From assembly GCA_002633005.1 (NCBI GenBank), contig NMRA01000143.1:501402-565401 (forward strand): a stretch of 64,000 nt of DNA. Reading direction: 5' to 3'. Positions 25,761 to 40,600 of this stretch are shown here, one piece after another (the first letter of the stretch is position 1; the number at the start of each line of letters is the position of its first letter). The translations under genes and the position numbers were made by a program. The notes under the pieces are model-generated. The model was not told the DNA's origin, ran no database searches, and worked only from the letters and a program-made list of their open reading frames with translations. The stretch is from Phoronis australis (taxonomy: Eukaryota; Animalia; Phoronida).

Positions 25761-26232
25761 ACAATTCCTAACACCACTCTAAAAATTCTCTTGCCACCTT
25801 CCTTGGCAACTAGCCAGTGAAATTCTACTCGCCCTGTGCCAGTGCCTTAGCAGTCACACCGGGGACTGGGGGAGTGGCTAAGTATATCCTTGCCCTTGGG
25901 GATGAGAAGGTGATTTCTAAAGTAAACGAAGGAAACAAGTTTCAGTAGGTCACCGTCAGTGCGTGACCGTGAACGAGGCGAACACGCATCGCATGCACTA
26001 CATTAGTCATTACTTGTACGGTGTAAAAGAGGAGTGTTCTAAAAAGATTATAACACGTTTAATAAGCTCCCGGTGGCAATCAATGGTGGAGCTTAGGCTG
26101 CTGGACCTGTACTCCAGACTGGAGCCGTCTTCGCCGTCGCCGTCGGCTCCATCTGATCACAGGCAACTGATTCGATTCGGACGTCCAAATATTGTTGAGC
26201 TACAGCCAACGAAAAGTTTGGGAGGTACTAAA

Positions 26233-26350
26233 ACTCACCAGATATAATACTGTAGTGTAGAATGTCTAAAGTATGCTATAAATTGTCTTATTGTATTTAG
26301 GCTACTTTAAAAAAGGAATTCGTGTCATTTTTAGTAAATCCGGAAGTTAC
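26233..26350 (-). promoter_or_regulatory. Putative first (non-coding) exon and promoter of SLC35A4
   Basis: Minus-strand donor G|GTGAGT at ~26238, an ETS-type CCGGAAGT motif at 26340-26347, and a CpG-richer segment at 25950-26200. Confidence 0.4.
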
Positions 26351-29300
26351 TGCTTAATAATACTTTCTTTGCGAAAGAGTGAACACTAGCATTTCAACAA
26401 AAGACAGTCGGGCGAGCACGGTCCAAAGGATGGACCAAAGAAAGTGCATTACCCATTACACAGAAAATGTAAAAGGGTGCCCCATTTCAAGTCATATAGG
26501 ACCTCATCGACAAATCTATAATACTATGCTTTCTGAAAACTAAAAGCCTGTAGAATTTCATTTTGGCTGTATGCGGTCAATGATTTTCCGGTGACACTCG
26601 TTGATTTTCGTTTAATGCAAATCGTAGGGTATTTAACCGCCTCGCCATTTACTACCGGTAACCTAACAGCTAAAATGTAGACTCTAAAAAAGTAAACAAC
26701 AAGTCAGCTATTTTGGGAAGCCTTCATCCTTTTGTTTTAGTGTTTATTTTCTTTCACGGCGGCTAAAATTGGCTGAATATTCGTCGAGCGACTTTGGGTC
26801 AGTATAGACCAACTAAAGTATCTCAATATATGAATTATAAACCAACAAAGGAAATCAACATAAAAAATATGGCGCAATTTCAACATCAACGTCGCATATC
26901 ACATCTGACGTAGCCAAGTCAAGTTATTTTTGAAATTCATCCTGGTACGGGAATTGGGGATAGTTAGGCCTATAAAAGATCTTTAACCCAGCCGCAGAGC
27001 GTCTAAAGCCGCGCACCGTACCAGTGACTGCTGGCAACTCATCGGAGACTCAACTTTAACATCCTTCGCCGCAGAGATAACAACTCTTGGGCTGTCTCCG
27101 GTGAGCCCATTCTTTGTTGAATGATGTTTAGGTAAATAAATGGCCACATTTGTATACAAGTGTGACAGTTCCTATTTTTGTGACGAGGGATTAACATTAT
27201 TTTTTTCATTCACGACAGCCAGCAATGCCGCTCCCAGAATGCGATGAGCGCCCTCCAGAAGCACACTGCGTCACGGTGTTTATCACTGAGTTCGTCAAAA
27301 AATGAACACGATGCAGAGCTGAACAAGATACGAGAGCAGAAGAGATAACCCTGGAACGGGAACGGTTTGATATGGCCGGAAGAAGAGAATGGGACATAAC
27401 GGCGACATCCCGTTGCTCCCAACTTGATTGTAGCCCAACAACAAGTTGGGAAGTTAGTATCCCCCGTAGCCAATTAACTCCATTCTGACGTTGATGCCGT
27501 TGGAGGGCCTGCGCTCTTTTGTTTGCTCTAATCTTCGATCAGATCGTATCTAGCCTGACTGGGGGTGGGCTGATAAAAATTAAAGTCAAGTTAAGCCAGA
27601 TATTATCGCAAGTTCAGCACCCCTCACGTCTGGAAACTTAAGTTACTGACAGGACGCTGTAATGGAGACAGACTTCAAATAGACTCGGAGAAGAAAGAAA
27701 GGGAAGATAAAAATTGACTAAATTGAATTGACTGTTGTGTTAAATGTTATGAGAATGAAAATAAGAGACGTAGAGTGACTTTTAAATTTTTTGTAAACGA
27801 GCAGATATATAAGTGAACACACCCTAGTCAGTTATTCTGTTCACGTTTACTTTCATATCAGTCACGCCAAAATTATATAGCTGTTACGAAACCCATTTTT
27901 GTTACTGTAATGTGAATCGGCACGTGCAATTTAAGTAAGCGTCATAATTCACGTTCTGCCGTTTGCGAAACTTCGACATTGATCTACCTTTTGAACTTTC
28001 TATATGTCAGAGGTCACTGTTGAAGTAGCGCGGTAGGTGAATACAGAAAACTTTGACATGGCCGTATTTCCCTCGACAGATTCAACGCGTATGGAATAAA
28101 AATGTGTAATTAATAAAAAGCATATCAAAACTTACAAGAAAATCTTGTTCTTTTTTGCTTGTGTTAAATGAAACGTGATCACGCATCACGTCGTTTTCTG
28201 ACTGCGTCGTCATATAGGCCCCGGCCTACGTAGGCCTATAAGCTTGTGCCGCACAAATCCCATTTTGGAATAAATTGGCAATACGTCGGTGCATGGGCGC
28301 GTTCATCCAATTTTGAGGCTCTGTAGATATTCGCTGACATCTAGTCAATCGTCTCTACAGCCTTTGTCGATCTCTCGTTTCGCACGGTCGTTCAACTGCA
28401 CTTAATTCAGTCAGGGTAGGCCTATGTCTAACTCATCCGGTTGCGGTTGAAATGAAATCACACTTGTTCTCAAGAGGGAGTACTAGTCTTAACCATAGAT
28501 TATAGACAACAGATTCGCAACTCTATGGTCTTAACCTATATGGAGTTTCTGTAAGGTAGAAGTTGAAATAGCTTCAGCATACCCGGAATTCCGATACTCC
28601 AAGTTCATCAATGATAGCTAAATATGACAAGCTCAAGCCTTTGGTGACCTTACTGGCCAAAAACACGAAACGACTTGCATATGCAGTTAATCCGAGAAGA
28701 TATTGCGTTATATTCAAGCTAAATCCGCGACCTTACATCCGAAAACGTTGCATTTTTAAATGATCTCTTAATGCATCTCCTTATGACAGATATTTCTAAT
28801 AGAAGTATATCTCGAATTGAAGCAGTACCCTGAAATTAACATAGGTCGTGTTATATATCAACGAAAAACTGAGTTCGATATTTGCTTACTTGGCGGAATG
28901 AAATTGGTCCAAGTCTGTTGGTTTGCTGTGAATGTGTCTCTGTACGTACAGACGAAACGAGTTGCCACATAATGTACACACGTGTATCTCGTAAGAAGCT
29001 CGCGGCCTAAAATATGGCCCTACGCATGCTACTTTTTGAATTTTCAATTCACGGAGCACTAATCATGTGGTTCTTTGAGGGTGACTTTTAAACTTTTATA
29101 GTTACGTAGATAATTCTGAAATTTGGTGTAGAGATAGACAACTTGGATTACATGACGAGTGTTTTTCTTACTGACGACTATCTTGAGTAATTTGAGACTT
29201 TCCGAAAGAATTCTCTGCCACTAATTAATTTCTCGTGGCGTGTACTGATTTGGCATCATTTGGCTGATATTTTCGAAATTTGATGCGTTTTTTGGGCGCT

Positions 29301-29858
29301 ATCAGCAATGTACCGTTTGCTTCCCGCTCCAACTTACTTATCTAGTTATTCAAAATCTAGTGATTTGTAACTTAAGGTCTGATTCTTAGCTGTTTGTTTT
29401 CATTCATACATCCTAGTCAGTCGCACTTTTAGTTTGGACAAGGTGGAATTTTCACAACATGTATAACATAAAAACTGAAGGTCTATTGTTAAGGGTAAAT
29501 TTGCACCAAAATGGTGTTGTGGCCGTCTCCCATTTTTCTATCGGCGGAGCCCTAGTTCCTTTGTGGTTAAGGGATTATTCTGAAATCGACCAAATTGTTT
29601 TCTCGTGCCATACTTTCGGCCTTCCGTGGCGTTTCCTCATGAAATGTATGGCGGTATGTGAACGGGTTTCATCAAGTGCTACCTGAACAATGCCATCAGT
29701 TTTTCATACTGACGTATTATTCCCGATTCATTTCAGATTTACTGTCAGAGCTAGCAACTGACAAATCCCTCGCTGCACATTTGGTCCGATCGACATGAAA
29801 TTTGTGACATGCTTTTGGGCGAAATAGGGCACAAGATGGCCACGTGCCGTCATTACCG

Positions 29859-31015
29859 AACAAGAGCAACGCGGAGCGTTGAAATGCGCCCACAATTGCA
29901 CCGCATACGGTATCCTTCTAGGGTTGTTTATTGGTACCATAAAGTGGCCAGTAGAGGGCATACTTTGCAAAATGGAAAGGCATGGTCATTGTCTCCTCAA
30001 TAGGCTAGGGGCAAAATGTGAGTAATCTTCATAATACAAGCACATCCTATACACCAGTTGCTTAAAGCACCACAGAAACATANNNNNNNNNNNNNNNNNN
30101 NNNNNNNNNNNNNNNNNNNNNNNNNNNNNNNNNNNNNNNNNNNNNNNNNNNNNNNNNNNNNNNNNNNNNNNNNNNNNNNNNNNNNNNNNNNNNNNNNNNN
30201 NNNNNNNNNNNNNNNNNNNNNNNNNNNNNNNNNNNNNNNNNNNNNNNNNNNNNNNNNNNNNNNNNNNNNNNNNNNNNNNNNNNNNNNNNNNNNNNNNNNN
30301 NNNNNNNNNNNNNNNNNNNNNNNNNNNNNNNNNNNNNNNNNNNNNNNNNNNNNNNNNNNNNNNNNNNNNNNNNNNNNNNNNNNNNNNNNNNNNNNNNNNN
30401 NNNNNNNNNNNNNNNNNNNNNNNNNNNNNNNNNNNNNNNNNNNNNNNNNNNNNNNNNNNNNNNNNNNNNNNNNNNNNNNNNNNNNNNNNNNNNNNNNNNN
30501 NNNNNNNNNNNNNNNNNNNNNNNNNNNNNNNNNNNNNNNNNNNNNNNNNNNNNNNNNNNNNNNNNNNNNNNNNNNNNNNNNNNNNNNNNNNNNNNNNNNN
30601 NCTTTGAGCGGTTTGGTTGATAGAGGGGTGGACGCACAAAAACAGACTCGAAAACACTAAAAATGGCCACTAGGTGGCGCAAACTATGTCGAATCCATCT
30701 GAAAACGACAGGATAGCGTCATCTCACTACTAGGTGCCTACATACCAAATTTCATGAAAATCCGTTCAGGACTTTTGAAGATACAAAGGTAAGCGTAAAA
30801 AACTAAAATTGCCACTAGGGGGCACACCGGTAGTCGGATCCGTCCGAAAGTTCGCACATGCCGTCCTATTCATGAATGGAACATATGTGCCAAATTTCAT
30901 GAACGTATGTCAAAGGGTTTTGGAGATAGAGCAGCGGACGCCGGATGGACGCCGCCCGGACGGACAGAGATGACGGCATAATGCGTCCACATATAAATAT
31001 GTGGGCGCATAATAA
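29859..31015. mobile_element. Helentron/HINE-like repeat (copy 3, spans the assembly gap)
   Basis: Same terminus and cores as the other copies; terminal hairpin ATGCGTCCACATATAAATATGTGGGCGCAT at 30981-31010. Confidence 0.6.
30083..30601. other. Assembly gap (N run)
   Basis: 519 N bases lying inside a repeat. Confidence 1.
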
Positions 31016-31648
31016 GCGTTTGCGGAGAGAAAAGTCCTCGAGATTGGCTGATGACTAAGGTCTGACACTGGTACGATTCTCAGGCTTCAGCTCAGTCAAA
31101 CGTCTTAAAGAGTTCGTTAACATTGGGGGGTCCTATACCATTCCTACAGCACCCCAGGTGCCTAGTAATTGATGCGAAAATGCGTGCCTGCTCGGACACA
31201 TTTCTGAGAAATATTGTCAACTTGGCCACAAATCTTACCCATGGTCATAACACTGTTCCATAAACACAGGCGTGTAATGCAATTGCGTGTAATTTAAGCA
31301 ACTCATTATATTCATGTAAATTTTTTGGCACCCAAATATAATGTTCATGCAGCGTGCTGGGCTTAAAGTGTTTACTGGCAATTACAGTTTCCAGAATACA
31401 TTACAGCAACAAAAGAGGGATGTAGACACATGCCTTGCTCCTAGAATGATATTGAAAGATGATCCAGTTTCTAAGGACTCAACAGCACTAGGACACTGTC
31501 ATTGCTATATATTGCATTAGCAGTTCGTTTTTGTACAAACCAGTAATGAAACACACTGAGACTGGTTCATTCATCAACCATGTACCCATCAGTCCAATAC
31601 GCAACAGGTTTAAGAAACCAAGATCAGGTACAGGAAATAATGTCTATT

Positions 31649-34600
31649 TCAAAGTTTAAATTTCTGTGAGTCTTTGATTTTGTCTTTCTTTTTCGTAGAT
31701 TTTTCTTTCCTGTTTTTAATCTGAGCAGTCACCTCGTCTTGTAATTGAGAGAAGAACACCTTGGAGGATGTCAAAGAATTCTTTGTCTTGTCACCCTGGA
31801 AGCAACAAACAAAAAACAATGTCAAATTGTATTCACAAAACAGGTCTGTATTCTGCAAGGCTAATTCAATGACACCAACAAAGATCAGGGTTCTGTGAAA
31901 GGCTGCATTTCGCAGCTTCACTAGAATAAACTAGTGAAACATTTGTAGATGTAATTTGAATGATCAATGTAGAATTTGGTTCTGATGGAGTAATAGTTTA
32001 TTATATTTTTATTTGTTTTTTAATGTGGTCATATCCTGGGACCTTGTAATTACAAATCTTTAAAGATTGCTTACCAGACTGGAACTTGAACTTGTGACCT
32101 TCTACAATACATGTAAACTGTCAAGGCCACTGCGACATGTCTGATTGTATTGCTTAGCTTGACAGGTGGTCCTGGTGCCAAGGATTACAGAAGGTCGTGT
32201 GTTTGAGCCCCACTTGGTCAGAAATTTTTTCAAACTAGCCTTGTAATTAATAGGTAACTCGACTGCGACCTCATATGACTCTGCACCCTTAATAGGTCGC
32301 ATGACCCGTGACCACATATGACTCTGCACCCTTAATAGGTCACTCGACTGTGACCTCATATGACTGCACCCTTAATAGGTTACACGATGCTTGACCAAAT
32401 AGGACTCTGCATCCTTATTAGGTCACTCGACACATGACCACATGGCTCTGCACCCTTAACAGGTTACTTGACCTGTGACCAACTAACTTTTTTAACCACT
32501 ACCCCTCTCTACCCTTTTACGGATAAAGTTTTATTGACGGTGTTTTGATATTGTTGGGACGCAGTGAGAGGCAATACATGATACGTTTTTTGTTAAATTC
32601 TATTTTATGGTCACATCCAGGGCACATGCTAACGCAAGAATCTTGAAACACCTCACAAAATCACTCGAGTGACAGGCAAGTGTTTCAACCGTATGCTCAG
32701 GAGCTTACCTAGCATAACCATTCAAGTGATTGGTCGGTGAGGTTGGGGTATAATTCAAAGTTTCCATTCCACAAAATCAGTGAAGACGTGTCAACACAAG
32801 TGCATCGTGATTACCTTAGGTCCATGAAACACAACCAAGAACTTAACTTGTGCAAGTAGAAAAAAACACAACATTTGATGGACATAATACTTTAAGGGTT
32901 AGGCCCATGAGTTAAGCGTCATTTATTGCACCCCCACTCCGCTTCACAAAATGTTTTTATGTCAGCATTGCAACTAATTGCACACAGGTAAAAATGTATT
33001 GACATTAGACTGAAATTAAACCAATTTGACGTAAGCTAGTGATAAGCACATAGGCAGCATTGTGGGTAACTACTGCCAAATCTGTAAGGGTGCTGTAGTA
33101 GTTTGGGTTGGGGTCAGTGCATGTATGGTTTATTTTAATGTTCAGGCATCCCCAGGCTCCGCTACACACCATTTTGAGGCTCATTGTTATCATCATTCAT
33201 AGAAAACACCTTTCGATCATTTATCATTGCTCAGAAATAAAAAATCATTCTTAGAAAATGTCCACTATTGATGACAAACCTTATATAAAAATTATATTCC
33301 ACAGTCGATGAATTCTTACGAAACATTTATATCATATTCCATTCACAGAACTGGATGACAAGGTAACAAAAATGTTTGACATGAATTCATAGTAAAGTGT
33401 TTCATGACAAATTATGACCTATCACAGTTACGTGTGTATTTCTGTGATATCATAGTCACTCACCTTGATGACCGAGATGTTCTTGCTACCTTTACTGTCT
33501 CTCTCCAACCTTTCCATTGCCTTTTCTTTACTATACTTGTTCCCCAGGCCCGGGTTCATCTTCTCCACTAGTTTCTGTCTACGCTCGCGCTCCTCTCGGC
33601 GCGCCCTCTTGGCTGCCCTCTTCTCGCGTCGTTCACGTTTCCTGTCCGTCTCGCTGCGCTCAGTTTTGCCCTTCATCTCTCCTTTTTGTTTTTCCTGCAC
33701 CAAATGATCAGAGCCGTGGTTTATCTTTGGTAATAATGTTTACTACAGCAAATTTCAACACCAATGCAGTAAAAAAAAAAACGTGGCCATGGCTGCATAT
33801 TCTGTCCTGTTAGCTTCATTACCCATCCAAAGGACAAAATACCAGGTGAACTTTACTACAGAAACAGAATGCGTTTTTACATAAATTGCAAGTTGCCGTT
33901 GTGGAAAGCACTTTTCATTATTCCAAGAGTTGCTCAATAACATATCAACTTGTAAACGTTTCCAAGAAAGGGCCATAGGTGGAGTTTCTAGGTATTGAAT
34001 GCTGTTAATTTTCATAGGCTTTATTGAAATTGATCAAGTTGCAATAATGAAAATTTCAGGCATATCTTAGCGAACAATATCGACAGATTGCAAAAGGCAC
34101 AAAAAGAAATTCAAAGCTTTACACAGAAAAGATCCAAAACAACCAAGTTGAATAGTTGTCAACATATAACAATACAGAGAAGAGAGCATTGTTACAGTCT
34201 TGTTACAGAAATAACAACAGAACTATGGAGAATCACGCAGTCCTTACCTGTATTTCCTCTGGAGCAAGCAGAGCTGCATCACTGACGGCGACGGGAGCTA
34301 CTTCCTCCATAGATATGGACGGCATGTTGGACACGATTTTCACTTCAGGAGCGGCCTACAGGGGGCAGCAGAAACATACACAGTACAGTGATGTTCATTT
34401 GTGTAATGCATGTGAAAGGTTGCAAGAATTGAGTATGCCTGGCACTGAGGGGCTGGCTGAACAACCAGTGAATTTATTAGCTTACCCAAGAATAATTGAA
34501 ATATTTAATCATAAAAAGCAAAAAAAAAAAACGAACAACAGGCCGATGTCAGTCCTGTATACAGGGCTTGGAATGATCAATGACAGAAAAGATGAATTTT

Positions 34601-37600
34601 CTAGGTGATGTATCAATCCACCAATAAATAGGCTAGTTTGATAGAAATATTTGTGTTGTAAAATTTAACAAAAATAAACAGTTTTGAAAGAATAAAGAAC
34701 AAATAATTATAAAAAAGAGACCAAAAAAAGAGGAAATTGGAAATCATGTAAGAGGAAATCGAAATCAAAAATGGAAATCCTCTTAAAAGAGGAAAATTCC
34801 AATCCTGTGTCTATCAACAATTCTGATTGCAGTGAAGGCAGTAACAGGTATCTCTGTGCAATGCATGCATGACTCACTGGTTTGGGTGTGTAATGAAAGT
34901 TGGACAGCGCGTCGAGTTTGATAAACAGAGTTTGCATCATGTCTTTGATTTCTTCATGCTGGGCATCGACCTCATCATCACTCTCATCTGCCTGAAATTC
35001 AATTGCTAATAACAAAACCAGGTCTTGATTATAAGCTGCCATGTTCTCAGGTTATAAGGCCATGGAAGGTAATTTCAGACACTGTTGCGTAACGGAATAA
35101 AGAATTGGTATAGTTAAGTCTGCTACACGAAAGCTCACGCCTGTAATACAGAGCTGAGTCAATGAAATTATCACTTTGCAGAGCAACACATCGTCATGTC
35201 AAAGCCAAATAATAGGGCGAAATTTCACCAACTTAGGACACAACATGGCGCTCGAGTAAAATTGTAACTTAGTTTAAGGAGAACCACATCGATGCTTATG
35301 ATCACTTTCAAATTCTAAGGAGAGTCACAGAAAATGTGACAAATTGTGAATATCCCGAAGGCTACAAGCCTTTGAAAAATAAAGGTCACTTTTGGAGATT
35401 CCTCAGTCAGAAATTAGTGACATTTTACCGTACGTTCGGTAATCGAACATTTACAAAGTGTGTGATTCAATGGCGGAAAATTAGTTAATATATCAAAAAT
35501 TAGAAAAATTAGATTCTAAGTAACAAAAGTACTAGTTCTTAAAGGCAATTATAATTCATGACAATTAATTTTGAGTTTGATTGCCATGTGGATTCCAAAA
35601 TTACAGTACACAGTCAATTGTTCTTGGAAAATGGACTTTAATTAGACTTGAGCACTAGATAATGTCATTTGTTACAAGAGCAATTCCGAGCATTAAAATG
35701 CACCCAAGAATGCACTGCAAATGGTGTACTTTTAGGGATGTTATTTGTATTATAAAAATGGCCACTAGATGGTCCAAAATACGTGAAATCTATCTGAAAA
35801 CAGAAACATGCTATTGTTTTACAATAGAAAGCAATTTCTTATATTTCATAAAAATCCATAAAGGAACTTCAGAGAAACAGAAGAAAATGGAAAAAAATGA
35901 AATTGCCATTAGGGGACACAGCGTTTGTCGGATCTGTCTGAAAGTCATTGTCGTCTGTTGTCAACTTCATATAAATAAACTTGCTAAATTTAGTAAAGAT
36001 CCTGCAGAGTGTTTAGGAGATACAGCCATGGACGCAAAAATAATCAAAATTGCCACTAAGCGCCACAATTTTCGAAGTCATCTAAAATCATCGTCAGCTG
36101 TCCTCTTCACATGAAGAATATACATGCCAACTTTCACAATCATCGTTAGAGTAGTTTGGTTGACAGAAGGGCAGATGCAAAGCAGTAAAAATGGTCATAA
36201 GGTGGATGCAAAATACCTCACATCCATCGGAAAACGGGAGGATGGCATAGATGCCTATATGCCAAATGAAATTCTATGAATATCTGTCGAGAACCTTTTA
36301 AGATCAAAGGTAAACGTAAAAAACTAAAATTGCAACTAGGGGGCACACCGGTAATCAGTCCGAAAGTTTGCTCATGCCGTCCCATTCATGAAAGGAATAC
36401 ATGTGCAAAATTTCATGAGCATACATCAAAGGGTTGTGGAGTTAGAGCAGCGGACACAGGACCGACGGACAGGAATGACAGTATAATGTGTCCACATGTA
36501 AATATGTGGGCGCATAAAAACATAAGACTATTGTCTAAGCGCTAGCAAAAGTTTTGTAATATGAAAGTAACTGCCAACATTTGTGACTTACATCCAACTT
36601 TTTTAAAGGTTAAAGGAACTTTATCAACAAGTCTGTATATTTAAATAAATCATTACAAAACTTTACTATTAACTTAGAAAAAGTTTTTATTTTCTGCAAG
36701 TAGAAAGCCTGTACTTCAACTTTATAAACCTCTCAACGATTAGGTCTCATGAACATGTCTTATTTAAAATTGTGCAAAAAAGACAGGCATAATCGTAGCA
36801 AAACAACTGTATATTCAATACCAAATTTTGTTTGCTCTAAATGTTCAAATGAAACCTCAAAAAAAATTGTTATAACAGTTTTCTAAGTTGTCCATTTGTT
36901 TTTATTTTTGATAGTGGAATGCTTTAAAAACAATCCTTAGCAACATTCACAGTGAATGGTAGTAACAACTCTTACTTAACAAATCACCATGGAAACTACC
37001 TTTTGCTTTTTCAGATATTCCTCCTCATAAAGTTCACCCAGGCTCTTTTTGCTCTTCTCCTGGTCCAGCACAATTCTCTTCTTGTACTCAATAGGGTTCT
37101 CTGTAGGTTTCACCTTGCGCTCGACATCATCAAATGCCTTCAAGAGATCAAGAAACACACATTTATCTCAAACAATAAACCAAGCAAAGCATAGTGAAAC
37201 AACATAATGAGTAGACTTGGAATACCAAAATTACTACCGATAGGCAATTAGCTTGCAATTACGTTGTAAATTCGAAATAAAAGGAACTCAGACAGTCAGA
37301 TGCTTAATAAAGACGCCGAATTATAGTATTAGTAGCAGACTTGTGTAACACCACAACTACATTCGAGCACTTTGGACACCTTGCAGACTTTCGCATAATA
37401 ACCAAACATCAAAAATTGGAACTTTTCAGCATGTTAGCCTATTGAAACTGCATTGAGCTGGTACTTTTCCTAGTTACTTGCCTTTGAATACACGGTGATT
37501 TGGTCACCACTTTTCAGAACTCTCTAAGGTATTTAGTGCATGGACCCTGCTTACAGTAGTGAAAAGATCCAGTTAAAGGAGAATGCCACCAAAAACAACA

Positions 37601-40600
37601 TATTTTGTATCAATTTAGATCTAGTAGTTTCACTCGATAACAGAAAGTTCGCTTCTTTTACCGGACACCAGACGGAGGTACTGAAATTAACCAATGATGT
37701 CACAGGTTCTAACACAGTCTGCTCAGCAGTTCACAAGGCGTTTACTTAGTGTCAGCTTATCACTTGAATTCACCGTTTTACATCAATAAATCATCAAAAG
37801 TCGATGTACTACAAATACATTGTCACTGAGCTTTTAAACAAACGAGTTATTTATTTCACTGTTACGGATTTATAGAAATTTTGAACATACCGCAGCCTTC
37901 AAAGTTCGGTAGGCCCACTTACCAAGGTCAGTCTCAAGACAAGTTTAGAGTCCGCTCGTTGATAAATTAGAATTATTCTTCCATGAAATACAGACACGAG
38001 AGCATAGCCATGTGATGTCATTTTAGACTTGCTATTTTTTCAGTTCTAAACACAAAACCCTCGATATAACACAGTGGCTCGGAAATCGATCAGGCCCGTC
38101 GCGGCCGGGGACTGGATACCACTAACATAAATCAGCTGGGTTAGTCGGCTGTGAAAGTTGAAAACTAAACTTCCAGTCATGAAAAGACTGGACTAGTGAA
38201 CGCAATAATATGCTTGTGAATGTTTTGGTGAATTCGCCACGAAATTGCAAATCTATTTACTCCTAGGTAGCCGTGAAGCCACTGAGTTTCCCCTTCCACA
38301 GAACCATACACGGAATAGGTGTACAATAATAATGCTGGTTTCTTGAACCAAACACATATGTGCAAAAAAGTGCCCATGGCTCTGCACTGGACAATGTTTT
38401 ACACCAGACGTGTTGTTAACTATTCACGTAAGTTTGAAATAATTGTTCATTGCAAGCGTCTATAAACTGATAAACATGTACCACCGAACTGCCACTCAAA
38501 AAAACATGACTGTTGCCAACGGCTAGTCGACGCGCTGCAAAGTCAGTGCGGTCACCATGTGGACGATATGAATTTGCCGGGCCTTCCATAAGACACTGCC
38601 ATTCTTCGAAATAACGTGGAAAAAAACAGAATTTTGTTCCCTTCTTTCAGAAGTTATTTTCTTCCCAGCTCAGAATTTGCAGCCTCTCGCACTTTGCCAG
38701 TTTGACAATACGTACGTATTTAGCCAGAGATAGTCAGAATTAAACAAAATAAACAATCCACCAACCACAGAAGCTGTTGTTTATAGTTTAGCATGGTGAT
38801 GATCAATAACGCATCAAGAAGCCTTGCAATTTGTCTATTATCTTGCTATATTTAAAATGAATCCGCGCAAATTTCTCGACTTCAGAACTCACATTTTTAG
38901 TTAAAGTAATATGAATTTATATTTTTTAATTTATAATTCAAAAATTTTCTTCCAATGTTATTATTAGCTTATCACCAAGTGAGTAACTCAGTAAATTGTA
39001 ATTTATTACGTGTATCTTCACGCCATTTTCATAGTTTTAAAGAGTTTCTTGTATCTTTGTGAGGACCATGTGGCAGATAACCTATTTCACTTACGATGAG
39101 TCAGACATATTTCTTGCCTTTATACTCCATAAATACTGTTTACGCAATTCCCAATTTTGCTTAAAACATATTTCAGCACACTTTCCACAGAAATACACAA
39201 TTTAACTTGTCTTGGATAGTACACAAATCTCCGTTATATCTTGTACTTACCTTGTCCTTGATTCTCTGCTTAATTAAGTCTTCTAGGGATTTTGTGGTTT
39301 CCTCAGTGATAACAGGAGCTAGATTAGATGAAAAACACTGTTAGAATGTAACATAAACATGTGAATATGAACAAGAGAACACAAACATGTGAATATGAAC
39401 ATGTGAGACTCTTGAGTGACAGCAGGACACAAACAAAAAATGCCATAAAAACCGTGAGACAAACAGACAAAATTTATATGTACACCAAAACGGAATAAAA
39501 AAAAATTGTTCTTCAATTCAGTTCGAAATGTTTGTGCGCAACAAGAATTGATTGCTGCGTGACACTAATGCAGAAACTGCTTGGGTTTAAGGGAGAGTTT
39601 AAACAGATTTCTTCATTTTGATATTCAATGAAATTTCCTTCCGTGAGTCAGTTATTCTAATCATACAAGGGCTTTGAAAATACCAAACCTTATATAACAC
39701 CAAACCTTACATGAGCTTTGATTTGAACACTAGCCAAACCGTTACAATGTGCCATGCATCTAAAGTATAGTGACCTCTGTCTCAACTTCAAGATTCTATC
39801 ACCATATATTACCACCATAACTTCAAGATTCTATCACCATATATCACCACCAGGCAGTTTACTTACGCAGTTTGGTGGTGTGTTCAAAGTCCAGCACTTC
39901 CTCTAGCAAGCTGTTCTCTGGCCGAGCACTAGCAGTTGCTTCACCCGACAGTTGCCATGGTTTCTCAGCTATATTAGCCTCCTCCATCTCTTTGATCTTA
40001 CTTTTCAACTAAAATGTGATAAAATAAGTGAAATCAAGTTTATGAGTGTATGTTGCTAGGCAAATGGATTACTTAGAACACTATTTTCCATAAAACAATC
40101 AGCCTAGCAAAGCGATTGCTTTTCAAATTATGACACCCATAGTTAATAACTACCGAAATTTTAATTAGCAGAGATGTGAACACAAATTTTTCAGCAAACA
40201 GAACTACAAAGTCTGCGAAGTGAATAATTATTTTTTGTCTCGTGTTTTCTTATTTCTGAGAAATTGAATTCGTGATCGTTATCATCGAAGAAGGCTATTT
40301 GGACAATACAAGTCATCTCACTGATGATATTATCACAGTCATCTCATTGATAAAATCACTATAATTGAGAAGTCTCATTGCCTACAGTTATCAAAGATGC
40401 TAGACCCTGGCAGTGAAAATTATGTCCAGTTGAAATCACAATTTTCCAACTCCTGTTAGTGGTGACAAACCTTCCCGTTAAGCGTGGTTTTCTCACGTGT
40501 AATTAAAAATACCAACTCACAACATTAAAAAAGAACAAAATTCCACCTCAAAACATAAACCAAAACAATGGTTCTCAAAATGGCAGTTCACGCAGCTTTT

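Noticed and set aside
29986-30682. Three ORFs of 200 aa or more in the ORF track
   Set aside because: Artefacts of translating the N gap.
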